DNA of 64,000 bases from Geosiphon pyriformis uo1 (lineage: Eukaryota; Fungi; Glomeromycota): the NCBI GenBank assembly GCA_016748015.1, contig JAAOMT010000512.1, positions 1,436,893-1,500,892 of the forward strand, read 5' to 3'. The stretch's first letter is position 1; the number at the start of each line of letters is the position of its first letter. Position numbers and translations under genes: made by a program. Of the stretch, positions 1 through 11,150 are shown one piece after another. A model generated the notes under the pieces. The model was given only the letters and a program-made list of their open reading frames with translations, made no database searches and had not been told where the DNA came from.

Positions 1-573
1 AAAGCAAGATACCACACAAACAACACCATTTAAATTGGTATACGGTAGAACAGCAACATTACTAGTTGAGATAAAAGTCAATATATATCCAACTGAACAA
101 TAACAGAAGATAATTTCCAAGAAACATTGTTGAGAAAAACATATAACTTAATGGAAACACTAGAAAACAGATAACGAAAAGCAGCTGATAACATCTAAAA
201 GTCACAAAAAAAGCAAAAAGAATGATATGATAATCAACTACCAAATAAACTGGTTAAATTCAAGATTGAAGACAAAGTACTATTATATTATACCAAAGTG
301 GAAAAACAATGGAGTGGAAAATTTGACCCCAAATGGGATAGACCATTTTACATAGAAGAAATTCTAAGAAATGGAGCTTATAAATTAAGATAAAACAACA
401 AAATTTTAGCCAAAGCAGCATATAGTAATTGACTGAAACCATATTACCAGATAGTATCATCATCCACCAATAACATTCCACAATTAGAAGTACAAAGAAT
501 ATTAGTTCAACCAGATGAGATTCCACAAGATCTGGAACTAATCATAGTTATTGAACCAAACACATCAAATTGA
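1..573 (+). pseudogene. pol: Integrase C-terminal part of element Z, with stops and a frameshift
   Basis: Reads TTPFKLVYGRTATL...EKQWSGKFDPKWDRPFYI (GPY/F region)...IPQDLELIIVIEPNTSN-stop. Confidence 0.88.
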
Positions 574-610
574 ACAACCAAAAGAGTATATAAAGACACA
601 TTACATGTGA

Positions 611-1573
611 TGTTATCAGAGGTTTTTGGTCTCTTTTCTTGAATATTGTAACTGTCTGTTGGTTGCAAATTCACGTTTTCTAGAAGTAGTTGAACCTCCA
701 ATAACTGAATTTATCTTCAAATTATCCCTTATAATTTGAACTGCTGGACTTATGAGTGGAATGGCCAATTCTCTGTCAGTTACTTTATGTAGTTACTTTG
801 TAGTAAACATCAACTCTTTCCCAGAAATTGCTCGTCTGGAAGCTCACTAAAAATGTGTAGTTACTTTGCTGTGAAAGTCAACTCTTCTACAGGAATCTTA
901 TCTGTAGGCTATCCTAATGATTGTAATAAAAAAAGAAAATAAAATAAAAAAAATGTAAAAGAAATAGGATTTTATCAAGGAAAACGTTTTCTATTCAGGC
1001 CTGGAGTCACTAACAGATTACTGAAATTGGTAGCTAATCAATTTCAAAATGTTAGTTGTGTTGAGGGAATTTCAAGTGTAATAATTTTAAAGATTTGGTT
1101 TTTGAATATTTTAATTTTTATTTGATTTTGTAAAAAAAGGTGATTTGTTCTAATTAAGATATTTTAAGTAAGTTACTATGGTAAGATACATTTTCTTAAA
1201 GAGAAAAGCTCTTCTTTTATACAACTTGTTGTAGTACTAGTCTATGAACTTGCACTTTTTCTCTTTGCTCAAATTTCAGCAAACTAAAGATATATTTTGA
1301 TAGACTACAAGTTATTTCACTGAACTATTGATTAATTTGGGTGAGCTATTCATAATTTCGGCAAATTTTAGAATGTTACAAAGTTCAGGGTATTGTGTAA
1401 TTTGATCATCTTACTTTCTGTTATACTAATTGAATTATTTAATTGAATTATGATATGTGATAATTGATTAAATAATAAATGATAATTTGAAATGATATTA
1501 ATATACTAATTAATTATAGGAATTATAAGAGTAATTTTTATGCCAATTAATAGCTAAAATTCTACTGGTAATA
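611..1573 (-). repeat. 3' LTR of element A
   Basis: Direct repeat of 9510-10492; termini TGTTATCAG...CTGGTAATA, decayed from TGTTACCAG...CTGGTAACA. Confidence 0.95.
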
Positions 1574-2253
1574 TAATCTTCTCTCCAGACTGAGCTTTGT
1601 CAAAGTCCAAGCACTATCTGTAATATTGAGATAGTGATCCAAAATAATTGAAGTAACCTGGTCTGAAAATTGTTGAAATTTCAGTTCTGTGAGTTTGCTA
1701 ATATATTGGACTTTCATTGGTTGCAGTATTGGATTTTGTAGAACATTTTCACAAGTATTAAACAAATCATAGAGTCTAAAAGCTGTTCTAAGTTTGTAGT
1801 AAGTGTTTGTTGGTCCAGCTGCTGTTTTGAATTGATTGTGAATTTGCTTTTGTATAGCTTTAGGAGTGAGATTTGTTGCTTCAAGTTCCAGTTTTCGTTC
1901 ATAAAGTGTGTTTCCAATGTGAAAGTATTTATATATAGAGGTGTGTTCATTGTTCTGTTCATTGAAAAGTAATAGAAGTTTTTGTTGTATTGTAGCATTT
2001 GGTGGAATGTCAATAGGAGCAATTAAAAGATTTTCTTCCAGTGCTTGCTTCAAAAGTCTTGGTAACTTATTTTCAGAGTGACTTCTTGTTTTTTTTCTAT
2101 AGGGGTGATAGTTCTGTGAATGATTTGCTACTGGGGCTGTGGTTTTTTCTGAATATAATTAATTTGACTTCTATTAATCGTTATGGATAAGTCAGGAAGT
2201 GTTTTCAAGACTAACTTTTGGGATATTTGTTGAATATTTCGGGGAATAATCAT
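1562..2253 (-). pseudogene. ORF3 of element A (unknown protein in the env position), frameshifted
   Basis: ATG at 2253 gives MIIPRNIQQISQKLV...; the track ORF 1562-2053 continues it. Homologous by eye to ORF3 of Z, C and D. Confidence 0.75.
1577..1586 (-). promoter_or_regulatory. Polypurine tract of element A
   Basis: Minus-strand GGAGAGAAGA, 3 nt before the 3' LTR. Confidence 0.8.
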
Positions 2254-2355
2254 GATAAAATTGACTAATTATGAAAAGAGAGAATAAAAAAAATTATTTT
2301 TGAATATGGGGTTTTTATTTGTTTTTGGGTTTGGATGTTTTTGTAATTTATTTAC

Positions 2356-3783
2356 TATTTTTGTCTTTGTGTTTTTATTAGAGAATTATTGTAAATTTTA
2401 AGTGTTCAAGTTTGGTTGTTGTTTTATTATAATTATTGGTTTTAAATTTCGGGAAATATCTTTAAGATTAATTAAAAAGGAATGTGTACCAATTTGTAGA
2501 ATTAATAGTTTAGGATTGTTTCTGAAATAATAGTGTTTCAATCTGTCTCCATGTGCAACTTTTACTAGTATTTTGTTATCAAGTCTTAACTTATATGATT
2601 CATTGCCTAGAATTTCGTGAATATAAAATGGTCTATCTCATTTGTTTTCAAATTTCTCACTCCATTGTTTTTCAGTCTTAGTTCTGTGTAAGAAAACTTT
2701 ATTTCCAACTTTAAATTCGTTGGTAATAGGTGGTAATTTGTTGTCATGTCTTTCTTTTTGTTGAGCTTGGGAATGTTCAATATAAGTTGCTACTATTCTT
2801 CTTTTTCCTTCCAGTGTACTAAGAAGAGTGTAGGCCCTTCTTTGGAGTGTTTCTTGAAAGTTTTCTTCATTGATTGGTTGCACTGAGTATGTTTCTACTG
2901 TGAAATTAATTGGTAATGTTGCTGTCTTTCCATAAGTAAGATCAAATGGTGTGTGTTTCATAGTATCTTGTTTTAGCATTCTATATGCTAGTAACACTAA
3001 TGGAATAAAGATATTCCATTTCTGTTCAAAGTCTGTTGAAACTTTGGCTAGAGATTCACACAATGTTCTGTTAAAACGTTCTACAAGTCCATTTGTTTGA
3101 GGATGATAGAGTAATAATAGAGGTTTTTTGACATTGAACTGTTCACAAATTTTTTGCATCAAGTTGTTCACAAAATGTGTTTCTTGATCAGATAAAAGTT
3201 CAATTGGGCATCCATGTCTACAAATAATGTCTTCATAGATGAAATTTGCTACTAATTTTGCATCTGCTCTTTGGATGGCTCTAGCTTCAAGCCATTTGGT
3301 AAGATAATCTACTGCTATTGCAATATAACAATTTCCTTGGGTTGTGATAGGTAATGGTCTGACTAAATCAATTCCAACTCTGTCAAAAGATTGTCCAACT
3401 TTGATTGGATTTAAAGGTTCTGTGGGACAAGTTCCTCTTCTTCTTTGACAACTATCACAAGATTCTACATATTGTCGAATGTCTTTTTGCATGTGAGACC
3501 AAAAATAATGTTCAAGGGTTCTTTGAATTGTTTCATCTCTTCTCAAGTGTGCTGAAGATGGATCTGTGTGCATGTTGTATAAAATTGTTTCTTTTTCATT
3601 CTCTTGTACTAATCTGAGTGGTTGGTTTAGGTTTCTGTGATTTTTATAATAGATTTTGTTCTGATGTATAAAATATTGTTTTGATTGGTGTTGTAAATGA
3701 TGTTTTTCACTTGGAAACCAGTTTTCTGGCTTGGTAAGAGTCTCCAAATAATTTTTAAAATTGCTGTAATTTCTGAGATCCAT
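2356..3783 (-). pseudogene. pol: Integrase of element A (HHCC zinc finger, DDE core, GPY/F; no chromodomain seen)
   Basis: ORF 2638-3783: MHTDPSSAHL...CDSCQ, GIDLV, LLSDQETHF, HPQTNGLVERFNRTL; continues past a TGA into PFYI...HGDRLKHYY. Confidence 0.93.
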
Positions 3784-3840
3784 TTTTGTTTGGTTATTTT
3801 GTTGGTAGGTTGGTAAGTTGTGGTGGAATTGTTGTTGGTA

Positions 3841-5280
3841 TTAATCTTGTCTCATTCTTGAGAGGCTATCAACATTGGTATGTAGTTTTCCTGGTTTATG
3901 GTGTACAATATATTTGTAGTCTGCTAGGAAATCATTCCATCAAAACTGTTTGGCACTTTGTTCAGTTTTCTTTTTATTGAGCCATTTGAGGCCAATGTTG
4001 TCTGTTATTATGTCAAATTCTTTTCTATTCTTCAGATATTGTTGAAAATGTTTAAGAGCCCAAATAACTGCGGCAGCTTCTAATTCAGTTAAGTTGTATT
4101 TTAGTTCTGTTGGTTTGAGTGTTCTATTAGCATAAGTGATAACTTGTTCTTGTCCATTTTCATATACTTGTGATAAGATGGCACCAAATGCTATATGTAA
4201 AGCATCAGTAGCTAGTTGAAATCATTTGTTAAAGTCTGGATAAGTAAGAACTGGGGCTGTTGTCAGCTTTGTTTTGAGAGTTTCAAATGCTTTTTGTTGT
4301 TCTTCAGTCTATTTGTATGGCACATTTTTATTGGTGAGATAATTGAGTGGTTTGGCAATTTCTGAGAATCCTTTGATGAATTTTCAATAATAGGAGACTA
4401 ATCCTACAAATTCTCGTAGCTCTGTGGTATTTTTAGAGATTTGGAAGTTTTTGACAGCACTGATTGTTCCAGGGTTTGGTTTAACTCTATCTTTGCTAAC
4501 AATATGTTCAAGAAAGATTAAGCTTGTTTTTCCAAAGTGACATTTCTCAATATTCAACTTCAATTCTGCTTTCCGTAATCATTGAAAAACTTTTTACAGG
4601 TAAATAAGATGGGCTTCAAAGCTTGATAAGTACACATCAGTGTCATCAAGATAAACAACTACTGATTGCCATAAGAGTCCTTCATATACAACATTCATGA
4701 GTCGTTGGAATGTTGCTAGTGTATTGCAGAGTTCAAAAAGCATAACATTGAACTCATAGTTTTCTTCTTGGGTGGTAAATGCTGTTTTGGATCAGTCTTT
4801 TGGGTCCATTTCGACTTGCCAGTATCCACTTTCCAAGTCTAAAGTTGAGAAGAACTTGGCTTTTCCTAGAGCATCTAGCATGTCATCAATTCTTGAAAGA
4901 GGATAGGCATCTCTAATTATAACACTATTCAGTTGTCTATAATTAACACAGAATCTGATTTTTCCGTTTTCTTTTTAACTAAAACTACTGATAAGACCCA
5001 AGAACTTCTTGATGGTTAAATCAATTCGTTATTGAGCATTCTTTGGATTTCTTCTCTGATGAATTGGTGGCTGGCAGGTGGCACTCGATAAGCTTGTGGA
5101 TGTTTTGGTAAAGCATCTCCTGTATGGATATGATGTTGAACAATGTTCATTTTTCCCAAGTTATTGTTGTCTTTTGCAAATATATCTGCAAATTCAGCTA
5201 TCAATTGTTTCAATTGTTTTTGTTGTTAAGATTCTAAGAGACCTATGTTAATACGAGAGAGTTTTTCTTCCAAAAGATGG
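3841..5280 (-). pseudogene. pol: Reverse transcriptase and RNase H of element A
   Basis: FSTLDLESGYWQV, VVYLDD (about 4640-4660), ATDALHIAFGAILSQ, TELEAAAVIWAL, HTNVDSLSRMRQD-stop. Confidence 0.93.
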
Positions 5281-5684
5281 TAGTTTTCAGTAGTGGGAAT
5301 GATATTTGAATTTGGGAGTAGAGTGTGCCTTACAATTTCGATAAAATTAGAGACAATTTGAGGGTTTTCATCTTGAAAAATATTGCTGTATATGATTCCA
5401 ATCTCTAATTTGTTTAATAAGACAATAGAGTAATTATTAGGGTTGTAGAATGTAACTCAAAATTTTTTCATTCCTTTGGGAATATAAACATTTGGAATTG
5501 AGATTTCATGCTTCAAACAGATTTGTTCATTGGATTCAAAGATTTGTTGTGTAGTGGTGGGTTTTGAGCAAGTGTAAATTTCGTGATATTCTTCAAAAGG
5601 TAAAATAATAATTGGCTGGGGAAGTTGAAGAATCTGGTGAAATTTATTTTGTGTATTAAGAGCTATGTTTACTAGAACTGTAAA

Positions 5685-6125
5685 TCATCCAGTTGAACCA
5701 AAACCTTGAGTTTCTCTTTCACTTTTTCCCAATTGTTCTCTGTTGTTTACTGATTGTAAACCCGAAATGTTAATTAAAAGTAAGTAAATTGCTTGAGCAA
5801 TTTTTTCAGCATGTTCAATTTTGAATGGTTTATTTGTCTTATTTTGTAACATGATAGTAATGTCTCTAGTGTATCTTGCATCTATAACTCCTCCTCTAAT
5901 ATTAATTCCTTTGGTTGCCAATGATAATCTGGAGGCAATTTGAACCATTGTTCCTGGTGGTATTTCAAAAGCAATTTTGAGATTAATTTTTGTCAAGGAC
6001 TTTGGTTGGAGAACCAAAGTATCTTTTCCTGGGTATCTTAGGTCATATCCAGCATCAATTTCGTGTGCTTTTTCTGGTCTGATTCCTTGGCCATGGTTGT
6101 CAAAATATTTAAGTTGTAGAAGTGG
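5685..6125 (-). pseudogene. dut: dUTPase domain inside pol of element A
   Basis: All five trimeric dUTPase motifs: DAGYDL, ASRLSL, GGVIDARY, EKIAQ, RETQGFGSTG. Confidence 0.93.
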
Positions 6126-6239
6126 TTGCTTTTCAAAAAGATAGATGGGGGTGGTTGGTAATTCTTCTACTAGTTCAAATACTCCAAATTCGATTTCATT
6201 TTCATCATTCTCATTTGGCAAAGGAATGTTAAGAGCATA

Positions 6240-6860
6240 ATATTTTAAACACTATTGGTCATCACAAGGCATAATACATTTTTTACACAATTGAATGTTT
6301 ATTTGCTCTAATTGTTAAATTTGAGCTTTTTTGGTCGGATATGTGTGGCTTGCAATTTGGTGGTAGGTTTCTATTTCATCTTCATAATCAAATCCAGCTA
6401 ATTCCATAGTATACTCAATATATTTAGCTTCTTTCATTTGGTGGACATCTTTTTGGGTGGCTCTATTGATCAATGCTATTGCTAAGTCAAAAATCATTTC
6501 AGCATTATGAGGGTAGTAGTAAAGTTTATTAAGAGTACTGTTGTATGCTGCATCAAATGGTGTTCCTCTTCTGACTTTTTCCGAAATTGATAGAGCATAT
6601 TGACAGGTTTGATTACATACTCCTCCTCTTATTGCTACATTAATTCAATTGTATTCTTCTGGTAGCATTTTTCCATAAGTAAGACAAGGAGTTTTGTCCC
6701 ATTTTCCACTTCTCTTTGGGGATCCAAATCATTCTCTATGGCATGCCTTGCAGAAATAACAAGTGCAAGTTTCGTATTTCTCTTCTGGGGAAATACAGGC
6801 TCTCATAAATAAAAGCTTCTTTTTGCAATCTTTGCATTTTAGTGGAATGTATGATGGTTT
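6240..6860 (-). pseudogene. Cysteine-rich domain between protease and dUTPase in element A
   Basis: CRDC, CKAC, GGVCNQTCQY, RGTPFDAA, YPH, LCKKCIMPC; homologous segments are present in B, C and D. Confidence 0.7.
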
Positions 6861-7049
6861 TTTTCGTGGTTCTGGTGTGGAATATCTAACTTTTTTTCAT
6901 CTTCTTGATTCTTCAAAAATCTCTTGTTTTGTTTTCTCAGCCCAATTGGATGGTGATCTAAGAGCCATGTAAGTTTTAGTAAGTGACATTTCTTTCTCTT
7001 CTTCAAATTCAAATACTGGAGCTTTTTCTGATCATTTGTTAAAGGTATC

Positions 7050-7520
7050 ACAGGTTGCAGATACTATGGTATATTGTTCTTGGTATGAGATTTTAAGTTC
7101 TTGAGTTTTTCAGTTCAGGTTTGTATTGCCCTTGAGAAGCCAATCATTTCCGACTAGAACTTGGTATTGGGGTGCATTCATAACAAGAACTTTAACTGGA
7201 ATGGTGATTCCATCAATTGTAAAGGGGAAATTATCAATTTCTTCTACTAGAGTCTTCTTCATACTATCAGCTGTGACAATAACTGTTTGAGCTGGTCTGT
7301 CTATGTTTTGTTTGAGTTGTTGCATCAGCTGGTAAGTGATGATACTTCCAGCCAATCTACTATCTAAGATTAAGTGAATGGGTTTTTTTTCCACTGTAGC
7401 TTCTGTGTATATAGCAGTAATTGCTTTCTGTTCATTGACTGCTGTATTACTAAGCAGAAATGGTGATTTATTTGCTTCAAATTCAAATGAAAATATATCT
7501 GACAGATTGGCATTTTGGGC
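7050..7520 (-). pseudogene. Aspartic protease of element A
   Basis: LILDSRLAGSII (decayed DSGSAGS) and LVGNDWL. Confidence 0.9.
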
Positions 7521-7599
7521 AATTTGAGTTGGTGGAATGGTATGGTTAGAAGGATTTGATTTTGGTGCTGCAATTTCACCTTCAGAAAGTGCAGTTTGT

Positions 7600-9464
7600 T
7601 GAAAATCCGATTTCTCTGGTATTGTAAGATAACTGGGTTGAGTGTGATAGTGATTGGGTCTTTGCTGACCCAAATTTCGGGGAACCAACTGGTTATTTGG
7701 ATTAATTCTGTTGTTGTTACTCTGCAATTGATTTTGGGGTATAAATTGGTTATATTGAACCAATTTTCTTGCTGATACTTGATATTGTTGAGTGAGTGGT
7801 GTCTGATATGGCTGAATTGGTAAAAATTGCTGATATTGTTGCTGCATTGGTTGTGGAGTTGGTGAATAGTAACTGTTTTGATTTTGTGATCTTGGTGAAT
7901 AATAAGTTGGTGATAGAGATTGATAATAAAATTGTTGTGGTAAAGAGTAATGTTGATTACTCCTGTTTTGTTGGTCTCTTTGTAATTTCTTACAATCTCG
8001 TTTCCAGTGTCCTGGAATTCTACAATAATGACAATTTTGAGGTTAGTTGTTGGATGGTGATCCAAAATTGTTTTGGTTGCATTGTTGTGAGGGTTGATAT
8101 CTTTGTGATTGTTGTTGTTGTTGTTGTTGGTTTGTGAAGTAGCTTTCAACCTTTTTTGTGAGTTGGTCTATCTTCTCTTCAGCTGTTGAGCTGGTTTCTC
8201 CAATTGCAAGGTTTACAAACTTGGTGTGATTTGTTTTTTCCATTGCCATTTCATAGCTTTTTGTATATCTAATAGCAGTTGCTAAGTTTGTTAGAGCATG
8301 TAGATGGACTTTCTTAATCAGTTTGTCTTTTAACCCTGCTATAAACTGATCCAGAATTTGAGCATCAAAATAGTAGTCATTGGTTTCCAATTGTCAGATT
8401 TGTCTGAGAAGTTTGTTAAATCTTCTAAGATAGGTCATAACAGTTTCAGATGTTTCTTGTTTGATATTGTGAAAGTGATTTTTGAGAGTGATAGAGATAT
8501 TGTTGTCAGTGAATTGTTATAGAAAAGCAGCTTTGAATGCTTGCCAGTTTTCAAATAGTTCTTCTAAATTTTCAAACTATTCTCCTGCTGTTCTTTGAAG
8601 AAAGTAGGGAATTGCTTTGAGTATTTTTGCTGTGATCCAACTATTTGCATCTCCTGCTTTTTGAACTTTGTCAAGCCATTCTTAAGAACTGGTATTATTG
8701 TCTTCACTAGTAAATTCTGGAATTTTTGCAATGTAAGCAGTTGTAATTTCTTCTTCGTTTTCTGTAATTTCTTCTGGTTTTGATTCAGTTTCTTCACTTT
8801 CCAAGCTTTCCGAATAATTATTTTCATTTTCCTGTAAGTAATCAATGATATTGGCACTTGTTGATATTGGTTCCTGCTATTGAGTAGAGTTTCTAGGTGA
8901 CTGAAAATCTTCTGGTCTGAAGAAGTGGTTGAGTGGTGAATTTGGTGTTTGTGGTTGAACAAGTGAAATTGGAAATAGTGTAATAGAAAGTGGTAGTTTG
9001 ACACTGGTTCCTTGTTTAGGTGTTTGCAAGTGTTTGGCAGTTGTCTTTTGTAGTGTTGGAGTGTTTGGAGTGGTTCTTGAGTATTGCTTCAATCTTTGTT
9101 TGTCTTTGTTGCTTGTTTCTGTCTCTGATTCAAAATCAATAGAGTATTGAGACTGTACTGGGTATTATTTTTCACAATACTCAATAATGTTAAAATTAAG
9201 TTCTTGGAAGTAGGTAGCAAGTGTTTTACTGTTCAGATCTTCTGTTCTCAATCGTGAATAGTACACTAAATTATTGTAAAGATTGCTTCTGACTTCTGAA
9301 ATATTGTAGTTTCCAAAAAGATAATTGTTGATGCAGTTTTCAATATATTGGTATACTGATTTCTTGACAACTTCAATTCCGTCTGAAATGTTGAATCTTT
9401 GCTTGCAGTGAATGTAAATTGACTGGTAATACTCTAGAGTTGCTGTGTTTGGTGTGGTTACCAC
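7600..9464 (-). pseudogene. gag: Gag of element A: N-terminal extension, capsid, CCHC knuckle
   Basis: CHYCRIPGHWKRDC near 7990-8035; ILDQFIAGLKDKLIKKV; AYIAKIPEF capsid start. Confidence 0.88.
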
Positions 9465-9489
9465 TTTGAATTTGTTTTTGCTGTGTTGT

Positions 9490-9507
9490 TTCTGTGGGAG
9501 AGCACCA
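9490..9507 (-). promoter_or_regulatory. Primer binding site of element A
   Basis: LTR end, then TT, then TGGTGCTCTCCCACAG, complementary to a tRNA 3' end ...GAGAGCACCA. Confidence 0.85.
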
Positions 9508-9509
9508 AA

Positions 9510-10492
9510 TATTACCAGAGGTTTTTGGTCTCTTTTTTTGAATGTTGTAACTGTTTGTTGGTTGCAAATTCACGTTTTCTAGAAGTAGTTGAACCTCCAA
9601 TAACTGAATTTATCTTCAAATTATCTCTTATAATTTGAACTGCTGGGCTTATAAGTGGAATGACCAATTCCCTGCCAGTTATTTTATGTAGTTATGTTGT
9701 AGTAAACATCAATTCTTTCCCAAGAATTGCTCGTCTGAAAGCTCACTAAAAATGTGTAGTTACTTTGCTGTGAAAGTCAACTCTTCTACAGGAATCTCAT
9801 CTGTAGGCTATCCTAATGATTGTAATAAAAAAATAAAAGAAAATAAAAGAAATATAAAAGAAATAAGATTTTATTAAGGGAAACGTTTTCTATTCAGGCC
9901 TGGAGTCACTAACAGATTACTGAAATTGGTAGCTAATCAATTTCAAAATGTTAGTTGTGTCGAGGAAATTTCAAGTGTAATAATTTTAAGGATTTGGTTT
10001 TTGAATATTTTAATTTTTATTTGATTTTGTAAAAAAAGGTGATTTGTTCTAATTAAGATATTTTAAGTAAGTTACTATGGTAAGATACATTTTCTTGAAA
10101 AGAAAAGCTTTTCTTTTATACAACTTGTTGTAGTACTAGTCTATGAACTTGCACTTTTTTTCTTTGCTCAAATTTCAGCAAACTAAAGATACATTTTGAT
10201 AAACTACAAGTTATTTTATTGAACTATTAATTAATTTTGGTGAACTATTCATAATTTCGGCGAATTTCTTATAAATTTCGGCAAATTTTAGAATGTTACA
10301 AAGTTCATGTATTGTGTAATTTAATCATCCTACTTTCTGTTATACTAATTGGATTATTTAATTGAATTGTGATATGTGATAATTGATTAAATAATAAATG
10401 ATAATTTGAAATAATATTAATATACTAATTAATTATAGGAATTATAAAGGTAACTTTCCTGCCAATTAATAGCTAAAATTCTATTGGTAACA
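9510..10492 (-). repeat. 5' LTR of element A
   Basis: Direct repeat of 611-1573, ends TGGTAACA, adjacent to the PBS. Confidence 0.95.
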
Positions 10493-10514
10493 GCGACAAA
10501 AGCAACCAAGAAAA

Positions 10515-11150
10515 ATGGAAATACCAGATTATATTTACACTATAGCTCAACAATTGTTCCAGGCCTTAAGTAAACAACAGTTAGACATAGAAATTGTTAT
10601 TAACAACCAAATAATTTGCTATCGAAGCACCCAAAGAAAGACAAAAAATACACTATATTAGCAGCCACCAAAAAATGATAAAAAATGAACAAATAACTTA
10701 ATAGAAAAAGTAAAAAACACTTTTGGGAAAATATCTATTATGGCACCAACAAAAGAGCTTACAAAAGAAAATTGGAAGCAATAGACAGAACAACTTCCAA
10801 TATTATATTGCTACTACTAGTTAGGTCAAAAGTTGAATATTCAGGAGTTGTATATTAACAATATCAAGAAAATATTCAACCAAGACATAATACAACAAAT
10901 TGAAGAATTTATCAGAAAGAAAATGAATTCAACACTACATGTTAAAACAATATACCGACTACACAACATATTTCAAAACTATCCAGAAATACTGTTCCAC
11001 TTTGACATGGAAATTATAACCATTAACCAATGGGAAAAAATAAACAATACACAAGTAGAAGACATAAGAAACAGAATTGAACAAACAATACTTGAAAAAG
11101 AAGTATTAGAATTAATTCAAAATGAAGATTTTGTTGGAGCTCAATATTAG
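10515..11150 (+). pseudogene. ORF3 of element Z (212 codons, several internal stops)
   Basis: AAAAATGG start gives MEIPDYIYTIAQQLFQAL, in frame with track ORF 10833-11150 ending DFVGAQY. Confidence 0.8.

Larger units (their letters stand above)
611..10492 (-). mobile_element. Full-length degenerate Ty3/Gypsy element A (family 2) carrying a dUTPase
   Basis: Two near-identical LTRs (611-1573, 9510-10492), PBS, PPT, order gag-PR-dUT-RT-RH-IN. 4-bp TSD GTGA (607-610) / GCGA (10493-10496), confirmed against the empty site in element D near 40516. Confidence 0.96.

Noticed and set aside
507-701. LTR-encoded peptide MEVQLLLENV... seen in three places
   Set aside because: It recurs only because the LTR is repeated; it has a non-ATG start and runs out into unrelated flanks.
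1562-2253. Calling ORF3 an env gene
   Set aside because: It is too short, with no signal peptide, transmembrane helix or cleavage motif visible.
5685-6221. Host, phage or giant-virus dUTPase gene
   Set aside because: It lies within the Pol region at the same position in four LTR elements and has no independent gene structure.
7370-8149. Long alternative-frame and antisense track ORFs (e.g. 7370-8149, 7796-8137, 28483-28851, 60021-60881) as independent genes
   Set aside because: They are shadows of low-complexity gag or of pol/LINE frames and are not conserved between copies.
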